Of a stretch of DNA of 64,000 nt, positions 40,126 through 51,660 are shown piece after piece. The stretch comes from Geosiphon pyriformis uo1 (Eukaryota; Fungi; Glomeromycota). Within the stretch, counting starts at the first letter, position 1. Every line of letters begins with the position of its first letter. Where the stretch lies: the NCBI GenBank assembly GCA_016748015.1, contig JAAOMT010000039.1:22426-86425 (forward strand), read 5' to 3'. Below the pieces are notes generated by a model. It ran no database searches, had not been told where the DNA came from, and was given only the letters and a program-made list of their open reading frames with translations. The position numbers were made by a program, and so were the translations under genes.

Positions 40126-40710
40126 CAGAGGGTGTCCAAAAGTTTCCGAACAAGATTTTATTTAACAATAATATTTATTTTTTTATAAAATAAAACAAAA
40201 TAAACAACACATTTATAATTTTATAGTAATTTTCTAAATTTTTCCATTAAGTGTTACTAAACGTTTAAGTCGGCGATATTTTTGGTGAGTAAATAAACGT
40301 GGACGTCCTGAACGAGGTCTTGAATCAATTGAACCAGTTTCTTTAAATCGTTTTATTGTATCCGAAACTGTTGTCAAGCTGCAATTGACTATGTTGGCAA
40401 TATCACAATATTTCTTGCCATGCTGTTGTAATAAGCATATAGTTTTATGTTGAGCAATCATTAATTCTTTTTTTGCTCCCATTTCGTTTTAATAAAAACG
40501 ACGAAAAAATCTTATATGCGCGTTACATTTCATTTTTATAAAAAAAACGAGTATGAATAAAATCGATTATGCGCGTCGCGAAAAAACATTATACACGCGT
40601 GTTTAAAAAATAAAAAACGCGTAATTAAATAATTAACTAACTTAATTTAGTAATAAACTCGTGCTTTTCTAATTATTCAAGCATGTTCGGAAACTTTTGG
40701 ACACCCTCTG
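40126..40710 (-). mobile_element. Internally deleted Tc1 element (585 bp) with perfect 27-bp TIRs
   Basis: TA-CAGAGGGTGTCCAAAAGTTTCCGAACA ... TGTTCGGAAACTTTTGGACACCCTCTG-TA. Confidence 0.92.
40234..40482 (-). CDS. Truncated Tc1 transposase: N-terminal HTH DNA-binding domain only (82 aa)
   Basis: IANIVNCSLTTVSDTIKRFKETGS...RSGRPR is the Tc1 HTH plus GRPR linker; no DDE domain remains in the element. Confidence 0.75.
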   Translation of the reverse strand: MGAKKELMIAQHKTICLLQQHGKKYCDIANIVNCSLTTVSDTIKRFKETGSIDSRPRSGRPRLFTHQKYRRLKRLVTLNGKI

Positions 40711-43700
40711 TATATTGAAAATATAAAAATATGCTAAATCAATAACAGATAAGATTATAAAATTTCTCAAGTTATTTTTAAATTTTTACAAAAACAGAAT
40801 TTGAATTTTTATTAAAAAAAAATTAATATATAATGAAGATCTGAAAATTATAAATTGTATTTAAAGTAATAATATTAAAAAAGTCTTATTATCAAATTCT
40901 ATAACCTTAATATTAGGTAAGAATTTATTTTCAAGTATTATTTTTGTTTAATAGAATAAATAGTATATATTAAGAACATAGTTAGTTTAGTTTAATATTG
41001 TTTTAACATAATTTATATAACTGGTTATGTATAAAAATACATGATACATTTTTATAGTTATCTAAACTATAACTAAAATAAATAAAAGAACTTTATTTTT
41101 GTTAAAACATAATATATAAAAATTACAACTAATTATAATATAAGCAAGTAATCTAAAAAATAATATTTTAATTAAATTTAATATTATTGAAAAAACCAAT
41201 AATTTTTTGTTTTGTTTTGTCGAAGATGTCGTTCAACCATTGACTATTTTTATATTTAAATATTTCTTTTTTATTAAAATAATATTTTAATAAATTATAA
41301 TAATGTTATATTTGCCAGCTATTTTTAAATTATTTAAATAATTGTAATAAACAAAAAATAGAGTAATTTAATTATTCAATTTTTTAATAATTTGAACAAT
41401 AAATTTGTTTTAATAATTTTTTGTACTTATTATTATTTTTTTCTGTTTTTATAAACAAAAGTATTGTTAATAAAAATTAATATTATATTAAACTTTATAA
41501 TGTTAAAGCATTATAAAAAATGCACACCATTTAATAAATAAAATGCTTTTGCAATGCAGACAAAAACACTGAACTTAAACTACTATGAAAACCATTGAAG
41601 CAAAAAATATTGAAATGAAAGTAGAAACATACTTTAAAAATGTTCCGTTTGATTGAAATGCAATTCCAAAAAAGATTGTGATGTCTAAACCAATAGCGAT
41701 ATTCAACTCATTCTGAGCAAATAGAAAGCTTTCTTTAAACTGCGGTAGTTTTGTCTGAATTGTTTTTCTAGGAGATGAAATTTTAGCCCAAAATCTTGAT
41801 ACGATATAGAAGTGACAACAGATATGCTCTAAATGAATTACTATTGTTTTGAAATCCATATTTGCACATTTAAGGTGATTCATTTTTTTCAATGTTAAAT
41901 TGTCCTCGGCTCTGTTATGAAACTGAACTTTTTCTGAATATCTATTTGGGAACAAGCATGATTCTACTCTGTAGGTTGTCCTTTATCTGTTATGGTTGAA
42001 GGGATGATTGCTCAGTTTCTGTTATGGATTGACAAGTCATGTCGCTTGTATTTTACAAGAAATAATAGCCAGATTTCTAGAATTGTGCATCCGACCTTGT
42101 TTTCCGGGAAGTTCATCTAACAATCAACCCCTGCAATAAACATTGAATTTTTATTTGATTTACAATATTGGATATTTGTTCTTTAATTTCACTAAAGCGA
42201 GAGATAAAAATCTTTTGAATTGATCAATTATGCAAAGGGAAATCAATTATACTGATTAGAATATTTGAATCTCTTTCTGACGAAAACTTGCAAATATAAA
42301 GGAAGTTGATACTTGGGTAAACAATTTACTTTAAAAAAGTGAACCTTCGCTTGTGATTCAAGACCTTTGTAATATTTCCATATTTGTAAGCAGTGGCAAA
42401 CCAATTCTATGGTGTGTTTCAGCCCCCATTCTTGGTTCATACAAATGGAAATTTCCATACAAGGATGAGAAGGGCAGTTTATCAGAATATAAAAAGCTCG
42501 AGGTAAACCATCCAATTCATGAATTCGAACGATTTGATTTTCAAGTTCTAACATTACAATACAGACTTACTGACACACAGTATTCCCTTTTTTTCTAGAG
42601 CCCCCAGCACATCCGTCGGATTATTTCAAAGATCCAAGGGGCAGCAGGCACGTTCAGATTACATAACGGTTCACGAATTCCCCATAAACAAACCAAAACT
42701 GGCATATTTATTTTTCTGCCTTTGGTCTTGTTTTCTAAGTCTCCCTGGTTCCGGTTTTTTGGTGATCGGAAATTAAAAGATGCATCGGCGATCAACATAG
42801 CACCTGATAATGACATTTCATAAATTGACATTCTAGAAAAGACCTGGGCGATCAACTAACAAGTTCGCACGGCAAATTTCTGAGTCCAACCTTAAAACGA
42901 CAAGTACTCAATGGATTTTAAGATTTCTGAGCAATTGAAAATGACCGATTTTGAAGAAGACGCAAAGTAATACCAATTATGCATTGTTACACGATGACGG
43001 AGAAACCTATTCTTTGAAATTTATGCACAATAATCATTCGACTTTGATGATCTCTATCCAAGATTGAATTTGAGGCTGAAATAGTTAAATGGCAACTTAG
43101 AATTCATCGATAGAATAAAAAAAATGCTTCTCAGATTGCCATCTTTTCTGAAAATCTCTCCAACCCGAATGTGCTTAATTGATTGTGCGAAAATTTTTAG
43201 CCATCTTGAGTTGCTAGTGAAATTATCACCGATGAACGAAATCCTGCAATCCCAACCTGAAGTTATAATCGGGATTTGCTATTGTTTTTACCGACCTACA
43301 ACGCCGATTTTTAGTCAGCTCATTCTTGATCCTCGGTATTATCACTACATTTGGAGCTGCATGTATCGCGTTCGACGATCGTTATTATCAATTCTAATAA
43401 GTGCGTGTTTTGACCATCATGAAAAAAATTAAGCACTGAAAATCTTTTCTTTCTATCTTGTTTCTATTATAAAATTTCGATATTCTTGGTCACATGATAA
43501 CTCATTGATCATGTAGAAATTTTAACGAGGATCAGAAATTACATCTAATTTTACGATCTTCGAACGCAAAAACTGCAGGTTGATCGAAACCGTGATAATA
43601 ATAAACAGGGTACTTTTAAAATTTTAACACTTTTCCTTTTTTCAACAGATCTCACATCAAAAACCTTGGAAGACAAAGAAGACTACCAAGAGAAACACTG

Positions 43701-43751
43701 GCATTAATTACCTTTAAATCAGCACCCACAACTTAACATATTTATTATACA

Positions 43752-45410
43752 ATGTTCAGGCTATTTTCACTCTTTGCGCACCGAAGTCATGATGACAATA
43801 CTTCAATAAGGACACCCCCCGAGAATCCATTAAGGCTTATATTACCTGCAGAATGTCTGCAAGAAGTTTTCAAATATTACGAAAATGACCCACATACACT
43901 TCGTTCTTGCTTATTAGTTGACCGTTATTGGTGTCAAAACGCTGTCGCAGTGCTTTACCGAAATCCGTTCGAGATCATACGCGAACCATCAGCCAAACTT
44001 ATCCTCACTTTTCTCAGCTTTCTTGACGATGATGTGAAAATAAAACTAGAAGAAAATGGTCTTGAACTCTCTTCTATGTTCACAAAAACTTCAATGCTAA
44101 ACTATGCCGCGGTTTTAAGGACACTTTCGTATAAAGCAATCTACGATTGTGTTTTAAAAATTGTACCGCGCAACCATCCAAAATTTACACGACAATGGAT
44201 GCGCGAAAAGTTTTGTCGAGTAGTGGTTGAAGAGCTTTGCAAATATTTTACCTTAAATTGCTTAATGTTGAATGAATTATCTTTCGACACAAAGAACATG
44301 ACATTTTATCCACCTGAAGTAAAAATAAAGTTTCCCGCACATCCAGGCGCCGGATTATTACTGCATCAGATTCGAAAATTCTCTTGTGGTGGAAAATACG
44401 ACAAGGGTAATTTAATGAAAACCATGTCAAGAGTATGTAGAGATTTGCATACTCTCGAGTTGAATTTCAGTAGCCACGACATGTATGATCCGAAAAATGG
44501 TGATAGGACAGAGACCAATCAGATGGGTGCTTTGATTCTAGCACAAAGAAGGCTTCAAAAATTTGTCATAAGAGGATCTTATTGTTTTTTATCGGATTTA
44601 ATGCCAGCACTCGCCTCCCAATCTTCCTCGTTAACACATGTGGAATTTATACAAGTACTTTTCCAAAATTCGGACCCACTTGAAGTGGTTGCTTTATGTC
44701 AAAACTTGGAGACACTCATTTTCGATGATTGTAAATCCCTCACAAATGAGACATTGGCACCTCTGGCGAGAACTTCGTTTACTCGTCTCAGAAAATTAAT
44801 TTTTAAAAATGCTCATCGCCGAGAGCTTCATAATTTGATCCCAGTAATTGAAAATACCAATGGAAGCCTTAGAGAAGTTCGATTCAGGCGACGAGAATTC
44901 CGCAATTCAGTTGTACGAGGCATACCAGATATGCCTCCAATAATTATGGAAACTGTGGCAAAGTCATGTCCGAAATTAATCACATTTGAGGGGCATATTG
45001 AGCAAGAAACAATGAGACCTTTAGTTTTACTTTTGGAAAATTGTTTAAGACTTAAAAGGTTGGCAATTTCTGTTGAAAGTCAATTCAATGAATTTTTCCG
45101 ATCAAAAATTGCTCTGCTCCTCCCAGTTACATTGTGTCATCTGACTATATCTTGGATGGGAAATTTTTCTGCAAGTGAATTGGACATATTCTTAAGGAAT
45201 TGCCGTGTACCATTGGAGATTTTACAACTCACTACCTCTAGTCTGATCGATGATCAATTTCTCATAGCCATCATGCACTATGCAAGACGTACTGGTTCTC
45301 TCAAACGATTAGCTTTATCACGTAATGCTCAAGTGACTGAAGAGGGAATCGAAAAAGCCCTTGCTGTGATTAACTCCGTTACAAAAACTGGCGAATATAC
45401 AGAATGGTAA
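43752..45410 (+). CDS. F-box / RNI-like leucine-rich-repeat protein (552 aa)
   Basis: F-box LPAECLQEVF...LRSCLLVDRYWC...LYRNPF followed by LxxLxL repeats; single exon. Confidence 0.9.
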   Translation: MFRLFSLFAHRSHDDNTSIRTPPENPLRLILPAECLQEVFKYYENDPHTLRSCLLVDRYWCQNAVAVLYRNPFEIIREPSAKLILTFLSFLDDDVKIKLEENGLELSSMFTKTSMLNYAAVLRTLSYKAIYDCVLKIVPRNHPKFTRQWMREKFCRVVVEELCKYFTLNCLMLNELSFDTKNMTFYPPEVKIKFPAHPGAGLLLHQIRKFSCGGKYDKGNLMKTMSRVCRDLHTLELNFSSHDMYDPKNGDRTETNQMGALILAQRRLQKFVIRGSYCFLSDLMPALASQSSSLTHVEFIQVLFQNSDPLEVVALCQNLETLIFDDCKSLTNETLAPLARTSFTRLRKLIFKNAHRRELHNLIPVIENTNGSLREVRFRRREFRNSVVRGIPDMPPIIMETVAKSCPKLITFEGHIEQETMRPLVLLLENCLRLKRLAISVESQFNEFFRSKIALLLPVTLCHLTISWMGNFSASELDIFLRNCRVPLEILQLTTSSLIDDQFLIAIMHYARRTGSLKRLALSRNAQVTEEGIEKALAVINSVTKTGEYTEW

Positions 45411-46114
45411 TATGGCCTACCATGGTTGAAGTGTCGCCAAAAAATACCTCCATTTACTATTAATTCATTATTACTGTACAATATCGACAATTTCTCTCTC
45501 ACCTCTTGTCGAATAATCCACTTAATTTTGACGTTTTGACGCGTCTTCTTATATATCTTCCCCACTTCCCCTTCTTTCAAACTATTATAAAAATAAATTA
45601 CTTTTATTATTTTGATAACTTACTTGGATAGAAATGACATTATCTTTTATAAAGTATTATAGTCTTTGTAAATTCCTCAGTCCTATGATAGTCGTTAATG
45701 TACGACGTCAAACAATTGGTCTTAGATTTCGCAAACTTTAATATTATCCGATCATCTTACCCATCATCATGACATTTATCATACAACTAGAAATCATAAT
45801 TCAAAGCATAAATTCATATCTTATTTTAGCATTTTAAAAAAAACCAAAATTGACGACAAAAAGCAAATAAATCGTATCTCAGTTAGAATACACTATTCGT
45901 CGTGCACTCTAACCTTTAAAAGCGTCGATCGTTGTTTTTGACTACTGAAAACATTAAGGGTGCCTATGTTTACGATTAAAGATTATTTGTTACATTTGGA
46001 AATGACATTCATCAACTTTTTTGCTATTGATCGATTTCCTTTTCCGGTTTGATCGATTTGCAGATATTGTATTTTCTAAAAATAAATAAGCATTTATAAT
46101 TTGAAATAACTCAG

Positions 46115-46398
46115 TGGATAGATTGTAACATAAATAATAGAAAATATTAAGCATTGCTTTAATTATTATTTCTTGCATGGTCAGGTTTTATTAAGCAATG
46201 CCTAAAAAGAATCTCTATTTATCATAATTCCACAATTCCAGCAGTTGTACATGTTGAGCTCTCTAATTTTTTAGATAATAGATATTTTTGATTTCTCAGT
46301 TTTGATGATTAAATATTGTTAAAAGCAATAATATGCCCAACAAAAGTATTTTTAAACAGCTTTTTAAATGATTTTCTTTGTCTTGCAATTTATCCTGT
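46115..46398 (-). mobile_element. 3' remnant of a second IS607/Fanzor element
   Basis: Colinear similarity to 51573-51890, e.g. ATAATATGCCCAACAAA and TTGTCTTGCAATT. The minus strand reads YNCWNCGIMINRD; the terminal segment is shared. Confidence 0.8.
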
Positions 46399-46776
46399 TT
46401 TTTTTTTGCATTGAGGAGTGCGCCCCAACTACCACCTAATAAAATATGAAACTCGTTAATTTATCATGTTTAATATTTTAAACAATAATATTCAATTAAC
46501 AAATAAAAATATGTAAATATGTAAATTTACTTTGCGAATATAAAATAATATTATATTATATATATAATTAAGATTTTTACATAATTAACTATATAAATAA
46601 AATATTTTAAAGTCGTAAAAAAATATCATTAATTTATTCTTTATTTAAAAATAATCAAATGTTTTTTGAATATTCTTTTAAATTAAAATCAATTTTATTT
46701 TATTTGTATTTCTTAAAATTAAAAGAATAGACAGTGGAAGGATCACACTTTGTTAAAGCAATAAAATAAAAATATT

Positions 46777-46811
46777 TAATTACAAAAGTAAGAAACTTAC
46801 TTTTGTAATTA
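46777..46811. repeat. Perfect 16-bp-stem hairpin
   Basis: TAATTACAAAAGTAAG-AAA-CTTACTTTTGTAATTA. Confidence 0.85.
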
Positions 46812-48194
46812 TTAATGCTGACAGAGAATGACACATGATAGGAGCAGCTAACGTGTGACCAGCCATCGGTGCGATTTTTAAATAAATAAGTATTTAAAAT
46901 AATTAATTTTTCTGTTAGTAAAATTGAAAAAATACCAATTAAAACATTAAATTATAACAGTTTAGCATTTTTTATTAACAATTACAAAACTAGTTTTCTA
47001 TTTTCAAAAAATTAACAAATGCAATTTTTAAAATTAATAAAATTAATAAAATTGCTTATTAAATTGTTTTTATGTTACAATTTTTTGAATATCTTATATT
47101 ACTTTTACATTATTATTATTTTGCTATTTGTTAACATATTATTTTAATTTATAACAATATAAAAAATGTATAACTATTAAAATTAATTTTTCTATTATTT
47201 ATAGTTAAATTTTACTAATAATAATAAATTTTTACAAAAGTTTTTTTAAATAAATTATTTTTGTATAATTTTGTTAAATTAAAATTAAAAATTAGAGAGA
47301 TGTTTTTATCAAATTGTAAGGCTATAAGTTTGGATCACTTAAGTTTTTTTTGTGTTTTTTATAATAATAACTAAAGCAATAATAAGAAAAAGCCAAAACA
47401 ACCAAGAAACAATCTTTTTTTTTTTCTTAATATTAAAGTTAATTTTTATAAAATATTTTTATTATTATTTTAAAACTTGGTTTTTTTACATATTATTGGT
47501 TTTTTTTATTTGCATTAATTATAATGTTTAATTCTTTTTTATCTATAAATAATAATTTTTTATTTTTAAATAATAACAATAATAATAATATATTTGTTAA
47601 GTAAATATGTATTAGTATTTGGTTATATTATTTAATATATACAATTTTAATTAATTATTACTAATTTTAAAAACAAACAAACAATGTTTTTGCATGTGTT
47701 TTTATTATTATTTAACCAAAAAATTGAATTAATAAAATAAATATAAAAAGTTTGTTTTTGGTATTTAATTTAATTCATTTAAGTAATTAATAATGTAATA
47801 TTTTTATAATTAATATATAATACTTAAATTGTATAAAAATAGTTGGTGGTTAAATAGTATTTGTTTTAATATTACAAAAATAAATAAATAATAATAATTA
47901 ATTGTTTTTATCTAATTTTTAAAAATATTAATAAAATTTAAACTTTGCAAAAAAATTATTATCGATTGAACTACACTTTGTTAAAGCAATGAAAAAAAAT
48001 TATCATAATAATAAGTTTTTAAATGAATCAAAAATACAATTTTAATTAAAAATATTATTATTGTTATATTTTATATTTAATTTGAATAATAATTAAAATA
48101 TTATAATATATTACATATTTTTTAATTTATATAATGTATTTTAACTTTTAACAAAATAAAAAATATCTTGTATAAAACCATTCAAAAATTTCAA

Positions 48195-48314
48195 TTAAAA
48201 ATATTAAAAAACATAAAAGTCTTTTCCAATTAAAAATTAAGACGCTATTTAAAAATATTAAAAAACATAAAAGTCTTTTCCAATTAAAAATTAAGACGCT
48301 ATTTAAAAATATTA
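48195..48314. repeat. 54-bp tandem duplication
   Basis: The unit containing AAACATAAAAGTCTTTTCCAATTAAAAATTAAGACGCTATT occurs twice (GACGCT at 48241 and 48295). Confidence 0.9.
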
Positions 48315-48714
48315 TTAGATTTAAATATTATAGTTTTGAAATTGAAGTAATTGATAAAAAAAACAATAATATATATTATTATTTAAAATTAGAATTATCA
48401 AAAAAACTGATTTTTTAATATTATTAGTTCAGTTATTCTTGGACTTTCTCATATTAGCTATTTAATCAATGATTATTGCTCATCACGCACAGGAGTAAAC
48501 ATTTAATTCCACAGATTATGGGATTTAGAGTCGTGTCCGTCTAGGTTTCACAAAATAATAACTCAAACAACCGTCTTGCCCAAGACAATCAAACATTTTC
48601 TTTAGGCGTCAGAAAAGGTAATAAGATACTTGAAACCCTGTTTAATCACAAGAGATTCTTTAAATAATTAACCCCCATGCCGTTTCGTTTCATGGTTCAA
48701 TTAAATCTTTTGAG

Positions 48715-50081
48715 ATGAGTTTCTTGCGAAGTCAATCAAACTCTGCTACCCCCATTCAAACCACCACTTCCTTTTTACGCCGTAGCGGTAACGCACGCAA
48801 TAACACACTCACGGAGGAAGATGTATCGGAACGGGACGCTGAGGGTGAAAGACAACCAAAGCCACAGTTCAACTCTGAATGTTTTCGTAGGATGGAGTTG
48901 ATGATTGAATTGTTAGTAGCAATTTTTTATGGTTACTATAGTTGACCAAAGTACGTTAATTAACTTCATCCCATTTTAACTAAACCTTTATGTGCGAATC
49001 TAGCACAAATCTTCGTAACCCAAGGCACTGTCCAAGTGGGGTTTATGTCATGCCAGCCGCTGATAACTTTCATAGTGAGTCTAGGGGATAGTGGGATATC
49101 TTTACGATTTTTTTATATTAATATTGTTTCTTATTCATGCAATAGTGTGGTTCGGCGTCATTTTTGTCCACAAAGGATACTATAAAAATGGAGTATTTAA
49201 ATTTCGTATAATTATTCCCAATGAATATCCTTTGTCATCGAAAAATTTTTCATTCTTTGACCTGAGAATTGTACTTTCAACCTATAATTTCATTCCTTAA
49301 CCCTAAATATGTTTCTTTCATTACATACCCGGAAAAGCGACCTACTGTGTCCTTCATCGACAGTGATCTATTCCATCCACTGATTGATCCCAACACCGGC
49401 GCTTTTTCGTTGGCCCAGGAGTTTAGAGATTGGGCCCCGCACAAATATTACATTTTCCATATTCTTCATTATATCAAAAAGTCATTCAAGAAAATGGTGC
49501 TAGATAATTTAGTCGAAAAGCATTGCCTCAATAAGAAGGCTTTCAGCACGTTTGTATATCAAAAATATTTAAATCTTCAAGAAATTTAGCGAGAGAACGA
49601 CTAATTCCAGTTTCTAAATCTTTAGTTATCGTGATGAAATATATACATTCGACAAAATGGCAAAACAATGTGCCAATCTCTCAATTTCTGGAACCAAATT
49701 ATATGAAAATCACATCGAGTCAAATGATGCAAGCTCCAAGAATGATTCAAACCCCATTCGTTTTACAAAGCTGGAGGGCGAGGATTTTCGTAAGCCGAAA
49801 TTTATTGCATTTGTTTCTTTTTGCAACAGAATTTTTATTTACTGGTTTTCTTATCCTGATAATTTAATAGAGCTATTGGAAGAGCTTAAGAAGACTTATC
49901 TTGTAACCCCGGTAATATATTTAATGCAATTCTTTGTTTTCAGTCAAAGCTAGCTGTGATGAAGTCACAAAAACTTACCGAATGGTCAATGTTCATTAAA
50001 TCATAGGTGTCACCTGAGAAGGATAAGGAAAGGCTTACTCTTCCGTCAAGAAGGAGTTACTCTACTAATTCGATTCTTTGA
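48715..50081 (+). CDS. AKTIP: AKTIP/Ft1/crossbronx-like ubiquitin-conjugating enzyme variant (283 aa)
   Basis: Exons 48715-48911, 49004-49074, 49146-49224, 49325-49549, 49626-49789, 49871-49911 and 50007-50081 give an open frame. Motifs PSGVYVMP, WFGVIFVHKGYYKNGVFKF and FHPLIDPNTGAFSL (the catalytic Cys position is Ser). Confidence 0.85.
49225..49324 (+). other. U12-type (minor spliceosome) AT-AC intron, 100 bp
   Basis: 5' splice site ATATCCTTT, branch site TTCCTTAAC (49293-49301), 3' end TTAC. Removal gives in-frame IPNE-YPEKRP. Confidence 0.9.
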
Positions 50082-51572
50082 GGATGAACGCTTTTAAAAA
50101 CAAGTTCTTTTTATTTATAACATCGTACATGTATCTTCTATTCTTTGATCTTTCTTGAGTACAATAATTTTGTAATATAAAATAAATAAATTGAAATCTC
50201 CCAACTTTTAAGGCATTTTCGCAATTTCTCCTGTTAGCATGCTTTTAGTGTCAAATCCCATTTGAGAAATTGTGCTCGTTGATTAGATTCATTTTATCCA
50301 ATGATGCCTATTGATTGTAAAGATCAAAGTCTACTCTTACAAGATTAAATTAAAAATTATGCGATCAATATGAATGAATAAGCGTAGAAAATTATTAGTG
50401 TGAGTTGTAACTCTGAAAATCCAAAAAAAATACCCGCGACGCAACGCGCAGCACGACGTCTTGTCCTTTAAGAGTTTATTAGAAATTTTCAAAAAGAGCT
50501 AGCAGCGCGTGACTTGTCCTCCCAACATCAGGGCTTATTTCGAACTACACTCTCCTTTCTCCATGGCCTTTTCCAAAATGACAAGGCCATATTTTGATAA
50601 AACTTCAACACTGATGCCACAAAGTTCATCAGGAGTTTCACTACGAATGGTTATACTCGATTCCTCATTTTAATCCGCTTACCAAGGCTTATTTGAAATC
50701 ATTGCTTAATTCAGTGAATACTTTCAGTTTTTCCATGTTAACCCAGAATCCGTCCAATAATGAACTGTCAAGTGGTGTGAGAAACAAAAATCGATGAAGC
50801 CCCATTCACCTTTGACGCTTATACTCCAGACAAAACAATTAAACCCGAGGATGCGAGTTCAGTAGATCAATTTTTAATGACGGAAATATTGGCACAGTCG
50901 ATCCATAACTAATACGGCAAATTTGGTCAATCTTTCACTTTCTGATGCCTTGAAAAACATCACAATCGGGATCATTTGAAAATTGGAATATAATTGTTTT
51001 TTATATACATCCAGCCTTTTTCTAAAAAACATTAGTATTATTTAAATGTTTTTTCGAGCAGTTGAAAAGATCACTTGTTAACACCAAATTCATTCTAAAG
51101 ATATATTTTAATTTGCAATTCTGTAACTTAGCAGCTTGGAAGAATAAATCATTCAAGGTTTTAGCTAAAATACTGCAGAATAAACAATTATTAAACATAT
51201 ATATATTAATTGATATTGCTATTTTTTTATAATTTGATTCATTAAAATAAAATAAAAAATATAATGCAATTATTGGCAATATTTTACAAATTTATTTTCA
51301 AACTACATAATAGCTTATTTATTTTATATTTTTGATAACAAGTAAAACAATTAAGACTTTCTATTATAATTGCTTTTCTTATTTTTAGTTTTGATAATTT
51401 TTTTTACTTTTTTTTCAAGTAATATCTCTTTCCTTTTTATTAACACCTTATTTTTAAAACACCCAACAATTTATTTAAACCAGGTTTTTAACAATAAAAA
51501 TTGGGATTATCAAAATTCTTAGAAATTTGACTTTTAAAATTTCTTATTAAAGCTCAAATAATAGTTTAACAT

Positions 51573-51660
51573 CGGATGGATTGTAACACATCAATAATAG
51601 GCAATACTAAGTATTACTATGTAACGCCTATTATTTCCTGTATGGTCACCGTAGGATCCC
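51573..51660 (-). ncRNA. Candidate omega-RNA/reRNA scaffold at the element right end
   Basis: 10-bp stem AAUAAUAGGC/GCCUAUUAUU (51593-51635) enclosing small hairpins, directly 3' of the nuclease ORF. The region is retained, decayed, in the second copy. Confidence 0.5.

Noticed and set aside
48195-48314. CRISPR-like repeat
   Set aside because: Simple 54-bp tandem duplication without spacers, in a eukaryotic context.
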